Positions 44,253 to 55,000 of a DNA stretch of 64,000 nucleotides are shown piece by piece (the stretch's first letter is position 1; the number at the start of each line of letters is the position of its first letter). The stretch comes from Pirellulales bacterium (GTDB lineage Bacteria > Planctomycetota > Planctomycetia > Pirellulales > PALSA-1355). Position numbers and translations under genes: made by a program. The DNA lies in NCBI GenBank assembly GCA_963733035.1, contig CAVTBU010000005.1, forward strand, positions 2,432,001-2,496,000, given 5' to 3'. The notes below the pieces were generated by a model. It did no database searches. It was not told where the DNA came from and saw only the letters and a program-made list of their open reading frames with translations.

Positions 44253-44489
44253 TTACAACACTGCTTCGTAACAGGTGCGGGCACTGTTGCAGCCGCGGCG
44301 TTCGACGAGCTGATCGTCGGGACCGAGGATGTGCAGCGTGTGGTTGCACCAGCAGTGGCCGCTGCCCATGGCGTCCATTTCCGGCGGCGGCTCCATTTGG
44401 CCGGCGACATAGATCGCCTTGGAACGCATGTGCCGACAGATCGGCTGGACCGGCCCGGCTTCTTCATCAAACGATCGGCTATATGCCAT
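44253..44489 (-). CDS. Small Cys/His-rich protein (78 aa)
   Basis: RBS GAGGAG; ICRHMRSK...HCWCNHT...GPD...C...CYE; lies before the terminator. Confidence 0.75.
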   Translation of the reverse strand: MAYSRSFDEEAGPVQPICRHMRSKAIYVAGQMEPPPEMDAMGSGHCWCNHTLHILGPDDQLVERRGCNSARTCYEAVL

Positions 44490-44565
44490 GAGGTGACTCC
44501 TCGTTAATTCAACGTTTCAGGGTGCATGCCGCAGATCCCCCCGCCAAAGCCGGGGGCTGACGTGA

Positions 44566-45557
44566 TTACGACAACCCTCCGGTTTCGAGTCCGGCGGCCA
44601 GCAGCAGGGCCCGCTTCACCGAGACTTTGGCCAATTGAACTTTGTACTCGTTGTGCGACAGCGGCGTGGCCACGCTCACGGCGGCCTGGCCGGCGGCTTC
44701 GGCCGTTTCGTGCGTGACGGGACGGCCGACAATCGTTTCGGCCGCTTCGCGCGAAATCCAGGGCGTCGGCGCCACCTGGCCGAGCACAACGCGGGCTTCG
44801 CGAACCACGCCCCGCTCGACAAGGATCGAAGCCGCCGCGGCCACCAGCGGATACTCGGGACCGACGCCGTGACGTACCTCGTACGACGCGCTGGTGCGCC
44901 CCTCGGGATGCGGCAAAACGATCTGCGAGACGAACTGGTTCGGCTCCAGCATGTGTTCGCGCTCGCGCTCGCTCTTGGGCGTGCGGTAGAACACCTCGAG
45001 CGGCATCAGCGTTTCGTCGGCCGGATTGGGACCCACGATCTTCACCCGGGCATCGAGCGCGACCAGTGCCGGCGCCAGCGCGAGGGACAGACGAACTTTG
45101 CCGCTCCGGCGTTGCCAAAGATGGCATGGAAGCGGTTGTCCCCCTCGACCACCGCCCGACCGCGGTCGGCCAGCAGTCCGCCGTTGTCGCGGAAGAACCA
45201 GCAGCGCGGCCGCTGGCAAAGTTCGCCCCCCAGGGTGCTTTGCGAACGCAGTTGCTGGCTGGCAATCTCGCCGATGGCCTGGCGAATGGACGGGTAGAAC
45301 TCAGACACTGGATTGTCGGCCAGGTCCTCAAGCGTGACCATCGCGCCGATGCGGACGGCCACCGAGTCGGCTTCGATCGTCTTGAGCGAGTCGACGCGAT
45401 TCAAGCTGACCACGCGATCGGGTGTGACGATCATTTTCTTCATTAAACCGATCAGGTCGGTTCCGCCAGCCAGAACTTCGCTCCGGCCGCGTTCGGCCGC
45501 GAGCAATTCCAGGGCTTCCTGCTCGGTACGGGGCGACGCATATTCAAAGGCTTTCAT
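44566..45557 (-). CDS. Xanthine dehydrogenase-family FAD-binding subunit, PaoB/YagS-like (frameshift near 45080)
   Basis: MKAFEYASP, AGGTDL and TLGGELCQRPRC, then LAPALVALDA...VLGQVAPTPW...NEYK. Confidence 0.88.
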
Positions 45558-47761
45558 CAGGCATTCCTCGCTTGCAATTGCAATGTGTCCAGAACCCGCT
45601 TGGGTGTCATCGGCAACACCGGCACCCGAATGCCCAGGGCATTGGCCACGGCATTCGAAATCGCCGCGCCGGGGCTGATTACCGGCGGCTCGCCCAAGCC
45701 GATTACGCCGCGTTCGCGCTCGCTCTCGGGCTCATAGATTTCCACCACGAGCTCGCCGACGTCACCCAACCGCGGCAAGCGGTAGTCGGCGATTTCGGCA
45801 TTGAGGAACGCGCCGGAGCGGGGATCCATGATCCGTTCCTCGAACAGTGAGTAGGCGATGCCCATGATCATGGCACCGTAGATCTGGCTCGACGCCGTCT
45901 TGCGGTTGACCACCAGGCCCATGTCCTGCACGGCGACGAACTTCTTCATCTTGATCTGGCCGGTCTCACGGTCGACCTCGACTTCAGCCATTTGCACGCC
46001 CGCGACGCCCGAGCTCGAAAGCTTCGAGTTCCGACCCGGCTGGCCGCGGCCGGTGACTTCCAACGGGCTCATGCCCAACAGGCTGCAAGCTTCTTTCCAG
46101 CTCAACCCCTTATCGGGATCGTCCTTGACGAAGATGCGGCCCCCCTTGGCAACCAGCGATTCGGCCGGCACGCCCAGCTTCGAGGCCACCTTTTCGTTCA
46201 GTTGGGCCAGCGCGTCGAGCCCCGTGCGGCGATTCGACTCGCTGACGCCGCCAACCGTGGTGCTGCCGCCCGAGGGTCCGGAGGCCGGGTACTTCGAGCT
46301 GCCAATGTTGACTTTGATGGCCTCGACCGGCAGGCCAAATGTTTCGGCCAGCACGATGGCAATCACGGTGCGGGTGCCGGTGCCGAGGTCCTGGCTGCCC
46401 AGGAACGTTTCGACGCCGCCGTCGGGATGGATCTTCACCATACAGGTCGACGGATGTCCGCCGCCGCCCCACGTGTGGATGGCCATACCCAGTCCATCGA
46501 CGACCGAGCCGCGTTTGTCGCCCTTGCCGTGGGGATGCCATTTAGCTTTCCAGTCCATCAGCTTGGCAGCGATTTTCATCTCCTCGGCATAGACCTTGCG
46601 CCGATCCTCGTCTTCGACGTTGACCAGGTTCCGCTCGAAGACGTCATAGCTATCCAAGCCGAGCTTGGCCGCGACGTCGTCGATCGACGTTTGGGTCATG
46701 GCACACCCTTGCGGATGGTTCGGAGCCCGCCAGGCCCGCACCGGTGCCGTGTTGATCTTCACGTTCGTACCGCGACGACGATAGTTGGGAGGAACGATCA
46801 CGTACGGGATCACCGACTGGTTAACCGGCGCGCCGCCGAATCCGCCGGCACTCCAGAAGTGGGTATCCCAGACCTTGATCACGCCATCCTTGTCGGCGCC
46901 CACCTTTGACAGGGCGTAGCCCGAGGGACGCGAACCGGCGTTCTTCAGTTCCAGGTCGCGATCGAGCATCAGTTTGACCGGTCGGCCCAGTTCCTTCGAG
47001 AGCTGCGCGGCCAGCGAATCCCAGCGGTCCACGGCAAACTTGCTGCCGAAGCCTCCGCCGATGTAGTCGCAGTGCACGGTGACGTCGTCGGCCGTCACCT
47101 TGAGCGGCGCGGCGAACTGGCCGGGCGTGCCCGAGACGTTTTGCGTCGAGAGGTGGGCGGTGAGCTTGCCGTCTTTAAAATCGCAGGTCGAGCCGTGCGG
47201 TTCGAGGCACATGTGCGTGATGGCCGAGATGCCATAGAGGCCCTCGACCACGGCCGCCGATTCCTTGAACAGCCGCTCCAGTTCCTTGTCCTCAAAATCG
47301 TTTTCCTCGTCATCGCCGGGCTCGCGCTCGAGCTGCACCTTGCCGCCGGCCTTGGCCGTGCGGCCGGCCGCTTCGGCGGCTTCGAGGTCGTCGTCCGCGA
47401 CAAACACGTCCAGCGGCTCATAGGTCGCGGCAACGGCCGCCAGGCCTTCGGCCACGGCGCCTTCGGTTTCGCCAACCACGACGGCGATCAGATCGCCCTG
47501 CCACTGGATTTCATCGCCGACCTTCTTCATTTCGCGCACGGCCACCACGCCGGACACCTGCTCGGCCTTGCTGAGATCCAGCGACTTGATCTTGCAGTGA
47601 GCGTGGGGGCAACCCAGCGCGCGGCCGATCAGCACTTTGTCGGGGTTGATGTCGTAGCTGTATTTGGCGGTGCCGGTGCACTTGGCGACGCCGTCGATCT
47701 TGTCGAAGCTGCCACCGAGTACCGAGGAGTCCTTTTTATCGGGCCACACGTATTCAACCAT
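45557..47761 (-). CDS. Xanthine dehydrogenase-family molybdopterin-binding subunit
   Basis: DGVAKCTGTAKY, LEPH, STQ, GGGFGSK, WRAP, DLGTG, SGGS and GLGEPP (catalytic Glu). Confidence 0.93.
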   Translation of the reverse strand: MVEYVWPDKKDSSVLGGSFDKIDGVAKCTGTAKYSYDINPDKVLIGRALGCPHAHCKIKSLDLSKAEQVSGVVAVREMKKVGDEIQWQGDLIAVVVGETEGAVAEGLAAVAATYEPLDVFVADDDLEAAEAAGRTAKAGGKVQLEREPGDDEENDFEDKELERLFKESAAVVEGLYGISAITHMCLEPHGSTCDFKDGKLTAHLSTQNVSGTPGQFAAPLKVTADDVTVHCDYIGGGFGSKFAVDRWDSLAAQLSKELGRPVKLMLDRDLELKNAGSRPSGYALSKVGADKDGVIKVWDTHFWSAGGFGGAPVNQSVIPYVIVPPNYRRRGTNVKINTAPVRAWRAPNHPQGCAMTQTSIDDVAAKLGLDSYDVFERNLVNVEDEDRRKVYAEEMKIAAKLMDWKAKWHPHGKGDKRGSVVDGLGMAIHTWGGGGHPSTCMVKIHPDGGVETFLGSQDLGTGTRTVIAIVLAETFGLPVEAIKVNIGSSKYPASGPSGGSTTVGGVSESNRRTGLDALAQLNEKVASKLGVPAESLVAKGGRIFVKDDPDKGLSWKEACSLLGMSPLEVTGRGQPGRNSKLSSSGVAGVQMAEVEVDRETGQIKMKKFVAVQDMGLVVNRKTASSQIYGAMIMGIAYSLFEERIMDPRSGAFLNAEIADYRLPRLGDVGELVVEIYEPESERERGVIGLGEPPVISPGAAISNAVANALGIRVPVLPMTPKRVLDTLQLQARNA

Positions 47762-48374
47762 TGCCGCCTCCTTTCACCACGTCGAGGACCGCCGGAATGA
47801 TGTTGGCGTAGGTGCCGCAGCGACACAGGTTGCCATTCAAGCCTGCACGAATTTCTTCTTCGGTTGCCTTGGGATGCCTGGCCAGGAATGCCTTGACCGC
47901 CATCACGAACCCCGGCGTGCAAAAACCGCACTGCGAAGCATCGTGATGTACGAACGACTCGGGCACCGGATCGACCTTGTCGCCAGAGAGCAGGCTCTCG
48001 ACCGTCACGATCTGTTTGCCGACACAGTCCATCGCCAGCACGCTGTTGGCGCTGACCGGCTTGTTGTCGACCAGTACGGTGCTGCCGCCGCTGGAACCGT
48101 CGACGCTGATCGGCTTGGCACCGGTCAGGTTCAGGCCATAGCGGAGGGCTTCGAGCAGCGTCGAGCGCGGCTCGACTTCGACCTTGTGCGGCTTGCCGTT
48201 GACGTTGAGCGTAATCGTGGTCGCGTCGGCGACCAGCGTCGCGCCTTGCGCTTCGGCTTCGAGCCCCGGTGCGCCGGCGATCGCCGTGGCGGCAGCGGCA
48301 GCTCCGGAGCCCTTCAAAAATGCGCGGCGGCTAAAACCGGATTTGCCGTGCGCCGGATGCTCGGGCATACTCAT
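47754..48374 (-). CDS. Tat-exported [2Fe-2S] small subunit with degenerate N-terminal cluster
   Basis: SRRAFLK Tat signal, TLLEALR, and intact QCGFCTPG and NLCRC. The first cluster motif reads SVDGSSGGST...AN. Confidence 0.92.
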   Translation of the reverse strand: MSMPEHPAHGKSGFSRRAFLKGSGAAAAATAIAGAPGLEAEAQGATLVADATTITLNVNGKPHKVEVEPRSTLLEALRYGLNLTGAKPISVDGSSGGSTVLVDNKPVSANSVLAMDCVGKQIVTVESLLSGDKVDPVPESFVHHDASQCGFCTPGFVMAVKAFLARHPKATEEEIRAGLNGNLCRCGTYANIIPAVLDVVKGGGNG

Positions 48375-48615
48375 GCGAGAGACCCCCTTGCGAATGATTG
48401 GGGATGAGAAACGGTAATTTGCGTGGAGTTTTCGGACCAAAAGTCCAGCAGTGTTATAAGGCCGCACAGAGCGCGAATCAAGCGCGCGACCGCGAGACGA
48501 ACGGATTCTTGGCCGGAACTGCCCCGCCGCTGGCGATCGCTAGACAAGGCGGCGAAAAAACGAGTGATTATGGACCGGCTGGGGGCAAGATTCGTTCGCG
48601 CGATCGCGCAGGCCG

Positions 48616-49151
48616 TCAAGGCTCGAAAACTTCCTCGACTGGCCGCTCGCGGAGCCGCGTTTCGCCCTGGCAGCACTCACAGGGCTTGAGAATGTACATC
48701 GGAATGGCACAAATGTCGCACCAATAGTCGACTTCCACCAGACCCTTCTCGGTCGGTCGGCGAATCCGAATCACTTGGATCAGCGGCACCTTGGCATACC
48801 GCCGCACCAGCAGTTCGACTTCCATGCCGCGCAACCGCTCGTCGACGACGAACAGCGCCCCCGCGTGTCGGGCACCAGCGGCCAAAGCCGGCCGTCGGCC
48901 ATCTCCAACACCACCTGTGTATGCGCGGCGTCGGGCTCGGTGGTAATGCCATAGAGTCGCTCGAGCGCCTCGTCGAGCCATACCACCTTGCCGCGCAGCG
49001 ACTCGGTCTGGTACTCGGGCTCCGCGTTCGGCGACGCGACTTGGTTCGCGTCTGGCTTCTCCGGCAGCGGCGTTTTGTCAGCCGCCACGCAAGGCAGGTC
49101 GATCAACGATAAGGCGAGCAGGAACATCACAATCAGAAATGCCGATCTCAT
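48616..49151 (-). CDS. Secreted hypothetical protein with C-terminal CxxC...CxCC motif (frameshift in G5 run near 48860)
   Basis: Signal peptide MRSAFLIV..., then LRGKVVW...DTRG, shifting to ALFVVDERL...YWCDICAIPMYILKPCECCQG. Confidence 0.75.
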
Positions 49152-49341
49152 CGGGTGCCATGCTTGCGCTTCGCAAGCATGCGGCCAGCGCGGCTCTGAG
49201 ACCGCGTTTGAATCTCGGTTGAGTTTCGTCGACATCAACATCAATCTTGTCACGCGTACCTATCGGAATGCTTGCGAAGCGCAAACATGACACCCGGCGC
49301 AACGCCGCTCAAATACTAGCGATGGATCTCAGCCCCGCGAT

Positions 49342-49995
49342 TTACTCGTCGGCCGTGCCCACGACGATCACTTCGATTGGCAACTTGCCGCCGTTGCCGG
49401 GGAGCCGCGCGGCCCACCACTCCGGCTCTTCGATGTGCCGCATGGCCGGCGCTTTGCCTTCGGCCGGCTTGAGCAGCGGCATGATCGCCGGGTGCGTTGA
49501 TTCGGCCGCTTCGGCACTCGTGGCGAAAAAGTCGGTGCCGGGCTTGGTGGCCGGATCGGTATCGGCCTCGGCCGGCAACATCAGCAAAAAGTCGCGAGTG
49601 TCGAACGTGCCAATATGGTTGCCGTCGACCGGTTGTTGCCCGTACCGAAGCGTGTACGTGCCGCGGGCGATTTCCTGGCCGCGAAAGTCGGCCCCCTTGC
49701 GCGGGAACTTGAGCGCGCCCACCAGCGAGCCCGGCTCGAGCGGATAAAGCACCGAGAGAGTTGGCTCGAAATCAGGCTTGGTGGCCAACTCCTTGGCCAG
49801 CCAGATCTCGACCACTGCCTTGCCGTCTTCGCCAATGATTTTGTAGCCCGAGGGATCGAGCTTCGCGACCATGTCGGCCGCCAGGTCGTCGGCCGGCGGT
49901 CCGTCGTCCAATTTTTCGATACGATAAGCGTCCGCCGCCAGAGCCAATTGGCCCCACAACATCATCGCCGCCACCGCGGCCAGCCACTTGGTCAT
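49342..49995 (-). CDS. Secreted hypothetical protein
   Basis: Signal peptide, DFRGQ...YTLRYGQQPVDGNHIG...RDFLL...HPA, and an RBS GGAG. Confidence 0.8.
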   Translation of the reverse strand: MTKWLAAVAAMMLWGQLALAADAYRIEKLDDGPPADDLAADMVAKLDPSGYKIIGEDGKAVVEIWLAKELATKPDFEPTLSVLYPLEPGSLVGALKFPRKGADFRGQEIARGTYTLRYGQQPVDGNHIGTFDTRDFLLMLPAEADTDPATKPGTDFFATSAEAAESTHPAIMPLLKPAEGKAPAMRHIEEPEWWAARLPGNGGKLPIEVIVVGTADE

Positions 49996-50145
49996 AATCG
50001 TTCGTGCTCCACTGAGTTGGTTGGTCGCGAATCAAAGTCGCCAAATACAGTCAGCCAGCAAAGGCGGAGGAGCCCTTCGATGGCATCACGATTATAGGGC
50101 GCGCGACGGGCGAGTGGCAAAACGGGCGGAAAAACCGGCTAAGAA

Positions 50146-50947
50146 TCAATTTGCCGTGGACGTCGGCACCTCGCGCTGGTCGTGCAGAAAGATGAGTACG
50201 CCAGCGGAAAGGTGAGGCTTTAGAGCCTCAAGACACGGCGCGTGGGCGAGGTTTTCGAGGAAACCGCTCGTTGCGGCATGGCGCAGGTTGGCGGCCCCAT
50301 ATCCCCAGCAGGTCGAGACCAAATGGCCGAGTTCTTGAAGCGATTCGGGAGACGCTTCGCTGATAATGTTCTTGAAAAAAGCGGCTGAACTGCTCCAAGA
50401 CGTCGCGAAACGCGTTTGGATCGGCTGAGTTGCTTAGCCGTTCGATGTCGCCGTGCCAATACTCGCGAAAGGCTGGAAATAGAATCACCAGCCGGTCCAA
50501 GAGCGCACCGGCCGATGACGGCAAGTTAAGCGGCTCCGCTCGGTTCATGAGACTCAGCACATGCATAACACCGCCCACGAAAAAGTAAATGAGCGCCACT
50601 GGAAGCATTGCCGTTTGATGGACATAGCGAGTTAGCCCGAGCAGGGACGTTAATGCGCCGGCGACATAAAAGAACGTCGGGCGAGGAGGGCGGCCTGTGC
50701 GTACTCCCCAAGCAATGGACCAGAGAATGTACGTGAGCACCGGATATGCAAGCATCGCGATCGACAATTCGAACCACCACGTGCGGTTGAGATAATAATC
50801 CCAGGTCCAGTGAATCGCAGGCGGCAAGATCAACTCCGTAACACATCCGATCGCCGGAACTGCGGCAGCAACGCCCAGGAGAATGAACAGCCACGAACAC
50901 AAGATTCGCCCACATCGCTCCCATCGACTTGGCTGTGACGATTTCAT
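50146..50947 (-). CDS. Hypothetical membrane protein with soluble C-terminal domain (probable frameshift near 50375)
   Basis: Four TM segments. A shifted frame reads ...EASPESLQELGHLVSTCW...GFLENLAHAPCLEALKPHLS... to a stop at 50146. Confidence 0.55.
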
Positions 50948-51070
50948 GGTAACCGCTCCCACAACGGCCACAGGATTGCAATTGAACCCGTCTGTCGACG
51001 GACGGTCGGGTGAGCGTTTTCGGGATTGCTACTAAAGCGAATCCCACTTCTGCAGTCTATCAAACCGCGC

Positions 51071-51098
51071 AAAAAGAAAGCCGCCTCACCGGGCGGCT
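51071..51098 (-). terminator. Rho-independent terminator after the DUF1326 gene
   Basis: AGCCGCC/GGCGGCT stem followed by TTCTTTTT on the minus strand. Confidence 0.65.
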
Positions 51099-51123
51099 CT
51101 CTGTCAAATTCTAATCGCGGCGC

Positions 51124-51792
51124 CTAGTACGAAAAGCTCGCCAGAAACGCGCTGCGCGTGCCGGGGTTCGACCACTTGGTTCCCAGCGCCGGGCCGTTGA
51201 AATTGCCCACTTCCGTGTAGGCCGGCGTGGCGTTTTTCACTTCGTTGAGCGGCGGGTAGAACGTCACCTCGTTCGAGCAGACGCAGTCCCCCTTCTTTAG
51301 CTGACGGGTCGTGATCTCGGCCAGCTTGCCGGCCTTGAGCATGCCCACCGCGGCGAAGTGGTCGGCCGTCATCTCGATCGGTGCCGAGACGACCTTCACG
51401 ATCTTGCCCGAGTGCTTGGCATAGCGCGAGGCGAACGCCACCAGCGCATCATGCTGCTCGGGAGTCGCCTTGCGGTCGACAATCACCAGCGAGCGGATGT
51501 TTTGCGGGTTGATCTTCAGCGTGCCGCCGAAGCCCAGGGTGTCGGTGGCCGTGGTGACGACGACGACTTTCAGGCCGGCCAGTTCCACGCCGTCATAGCT
51601 GCCGCGCTCGATGTTCCAGGCCATCATCGCATCGTTGCCCGACAGGCCCACCTGGCCGTTGGCAAAGCAGGGGCCGGTATAGACGTCGCAAGTGCGGGTT
51701 TCCAGATAGTCTCCCTTGAGGCCATCGGCTGACGAAACCGGAGCATGAGCCAGCGCGGCCAGGGCGCACACGGTGCTAAGAAAGCGAAGCAT
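51124..51792 (-). CDS. Secreted DUF1326-domain protein
   Basis: RBS AAGGAG, signal peptide, GDYLETRTCDVYTGPCFANG and DCVCSNE. Confidence 0.82.
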   Translation of the reverse strand: MLRFLSTVCALAALAHAPVSSADGLKGDYLETRTCDVYTGPCFANGQVGLSGNDAMMAWNIERGSYDGVELAGLKVVVVTTATDTLGFGGTLKINPQNIRSLVIVDRKATPEQHDALVAFASRYAKHSGKIVKVVSAPIEMTADHFAAVGMLKAGKLAEITTRQLKKGDCVCSNEVTFYPPLNEVKNATPAYTEVGNFNGPALGTKWSNPGTRSAFLASFSY

Positions 51793-52056
51793 GGCGAAAG
51801 AACTCCTTAAGGCTTGGATCGCTGGGGCGCTCGGCTCGACGGCGAGCCGGATCGCGGCGGTTGCAAGTAGCATTTTAGGAGTGCCCGGCGGCAGGGTCCA
51901 GTTCGTTGAGATCCGTCCGACATTCCCAAAGAAACGGCCGGCTCAGCCGGCAGCAACACAATCACCACCATTTTTCTTGCTTCGCACCCTAATTAATTAC
52001 TAGAATGCCCCTTATTATCGGATACCATTTGCCCCCTCTGTGGAATGGTATGGATC

Positions 52057-55000
52057 ATGTCACTCAATCCTCGCCAGGTTGTCGGACGCCTACGCCGCTT
52101 TCGATTCCACCGCGCGTCGTTCGAGCCACTTGAAGCACGACAACTGCTGACCGCTTCACCCGTTCTGTTGGCGGATCTGGGTGGTCCCGGGTCGTCGGGG
52201 CCAAGCAACCTGGCTGACGTTGGCGGCGTCACCTATTTCCAGGCCGACGACGGAATTCATGGCGCCGAGCTGTGGCGCAGCGACGGGACCGCCGCGGGCA
52301 CCTACCTGGCGCGCGACATTGATCCCGGCAGCTGGGGATCAAAGCCCGGGGAGCTGGTCAACGTCGACGGAACGCTCTATTTTGCCGCCACGACGCACGA
52401 CCTGGGCACCGAACTTTGGAAAAGCGACGGCACGACCGAGGGGACCGTGCCGGTTGCGGACATCGTGCCGGGCGTGGCCGGGTCCAGCCCGCGCAATTTG
52501 ACGGCTGTCGGAAACGTTCTGTTCTTTGAGGCCGGCGACGCAAGCAACGACTGGGAATTGTGGCGGAGCGATGGCTCGGCCGCAGGCACCTATCGGGTGA
52601 AGGACCTGAACACCAACGGCAGTTCCTTTCCGGGCCATTTCACGAACGTCAACGGGGTGCTGTTCTTCGAGGCCTCGGACGGGTTTTTCGGCCGCGATCT
52701 CTGGAAGAGCGATGGGACCGCCGCCGGCACCGTTGTCGTGGGCAACGCCTCTAACTACAAGAACCAACGGCCACTGTTCCTCACCAACGTCGATGGCACT
52801 TTGTACTTTACGGCCTATAGCAACGACTCCACCCGCAGGCTGTGGACCAGCGATGGCACGAGCGCCGGCACACACAGCATTTCGGCGTATGCGTACCCGA
52901 CCAACCTGACGAACTTCGCCGGCGCGCTCTACTTCGGAATCGCCTCAACGCTCTATCGCGCCAACAGCCCCACAGACATTCAACAAATCGCCGAGTTGAA
53001 TCCGGGCATTGGCAGCAGCGCCTTCGCCAGTTTGACGCCCGTTGGAAACCAGCTCTTTTTCGCGGGAGCCACAACCGCCGATGGCAAGGAGCTGTGGGTT
53101 ACCGACGGCACCACGCCCGGCACGCACATGGTGGCAGATCTGGTGCCCGGACCAGACGGCGTGCTGCCTAACAATCTGGCGGCGGTTGGCGACACGTTGT
53201 ATTTCACCATCTCCGACAGTTACGAGTCGCTTGGCGGCAGCGAGCTTTGGAAGAGCGACGGAACGGCTCTCGGGACCGTGCGCGTCAAGGATATCTGGCC
53301 CGGGCCCGACGGCGCAGGTCCCAACAACCTGACAAACGTGGGCGGAACGCTGTTCTTCTCGGCACTCGACGTGGCGAGCGGCCGCGAACTTTGGACGAGC
53401 GATGGTACCGAGCTCGGCACCGCACAGGTGCTGGATATCAACCAACAACCCAGCGCCGATTCTTCGCCTCAGTCGTTCACGGCGGCCGGCGCGATCACCT
53501 ACTTCGTGGCCACGTCCCTCGAATTTGGAGCCGAGCTGTGGAAAACCGATGGAACCACCGCCGGCACGGTAATGGTCAAGGATATTCGTCCCGGCCGAGA
53601 CAGTTCGGGCGCCGCAAGGTTGACTGCCGTCGACGGAACCTTGTTCTTCTTCGCAAACGACGGTAGCGGCTACGCCTTGTGGCGCAGTGACGGCACCGAT
53701 GAAGGCACCCAGCCCGTTCCCTACGATTGGACATCCGCGTTTGATCCCACGACCGCGCTCGTCAATGCGAACGGCACGCTTTACTTTGGGCTGCGGGATG
53801 AAAACGCCGACTATCGTCTCTGGACCAGCGACGGGACGGCCACCGGCACGCACGTTGTCGCGGGAACGCAGCCACTGGTGCCGTGGACCAACTCGCAAAC
53901 CACTTGGGCGAACCATCTCGTCAACATCGGCAGCGACCTCTACTACGTCGCCGTCAATGCCAACGACAATCTCAGGCAGGAGCTGTGGAAGTACGACATC
54001 GTGAGCGCGACCGAGCAGAAGCTGGCGGACTTGTCGGAGGTGCAAACCCAGTATGCGGAATACAACCTGGTCAACGTATCAGGAACCTTGTTCTTTAGCG
54101 TTCGGTCGGCCAGCGGAGCATACAACCTCTGGAAGACCGATGGCACGCCCGAGGGCACGCAGGCTCTGTCCGACATTGCGATGTGGCAAGGGGCAACGCC
54201 GGCCAACGTCAATGGACGGCTTTTCTTCGCCGCCAGCGATGCCGACTCCGGCGTGGAACTCTGGACCAGCGACGGCACGCCCGAGGGCACCGTACGCGTG
54301 GACGACCTGGTGCCCGGCAGCGGCAGTGTCTATCCCGGCGGACTCACGGCGGTCGGCGACACGCTGTTCTTCGTATCGCGCGAGCCTCCTGGATCGGGAA
54401 GCCCCTTGTGGAAGAGCAACGGGACGGCCGCCGGCACCATGCGCGTCAACGCGCCAGACATCTACAATATGACAGGGCTGACGAACGTAAGCGGCGCTCT
54501 GTACTTCCTGGCGCAGCGGTCTGGCGCTCTCGATGAACTTTGGACCAGCGATGGAACGAGCGCCGGCACCGGGCAGGTTGGCACGGTTCAGCCAACTTCT
54601 AGCTCAAGCCTGGCCAATGTTAATGGCATGTTGTTCTTCGCCGGAAATGACGGCGTGCACGGCGCCGAGCCGTTCATCGTCGCACCGCCGGTGGTAGCGC
54701 GGCTGTTCTACAACAACTCTTCATTTGACGGAAACACACCCGCCGCCGGCGCCAGTGACGACGCCGCGCTGGCGATCGACAAGCTCCCCTACCTGCCCGG
54801 CTCGGGGCGGGCGGGCACGAACAACGTCTCCAGCTACTACCAAGGCATCAACGGACTTTTTGTCGACCTGGCTGGCCCGCACGGAGAAATCACCGCGGAT
54901 GACTTTACCTTCAAGATCGGCAACAGCAACGCCCCCGATACGTGGATCGCAGCTCCGTCGCCGGTCTCGATCGCGGTTCGTCCCGGTGCCGGCGTGGCCG

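Noticed and set aside
52260..54680. CRISPR-like periodic repeats
   Set aside because: The repeats are degenerate, in-frame ELWxxDGT coding units.
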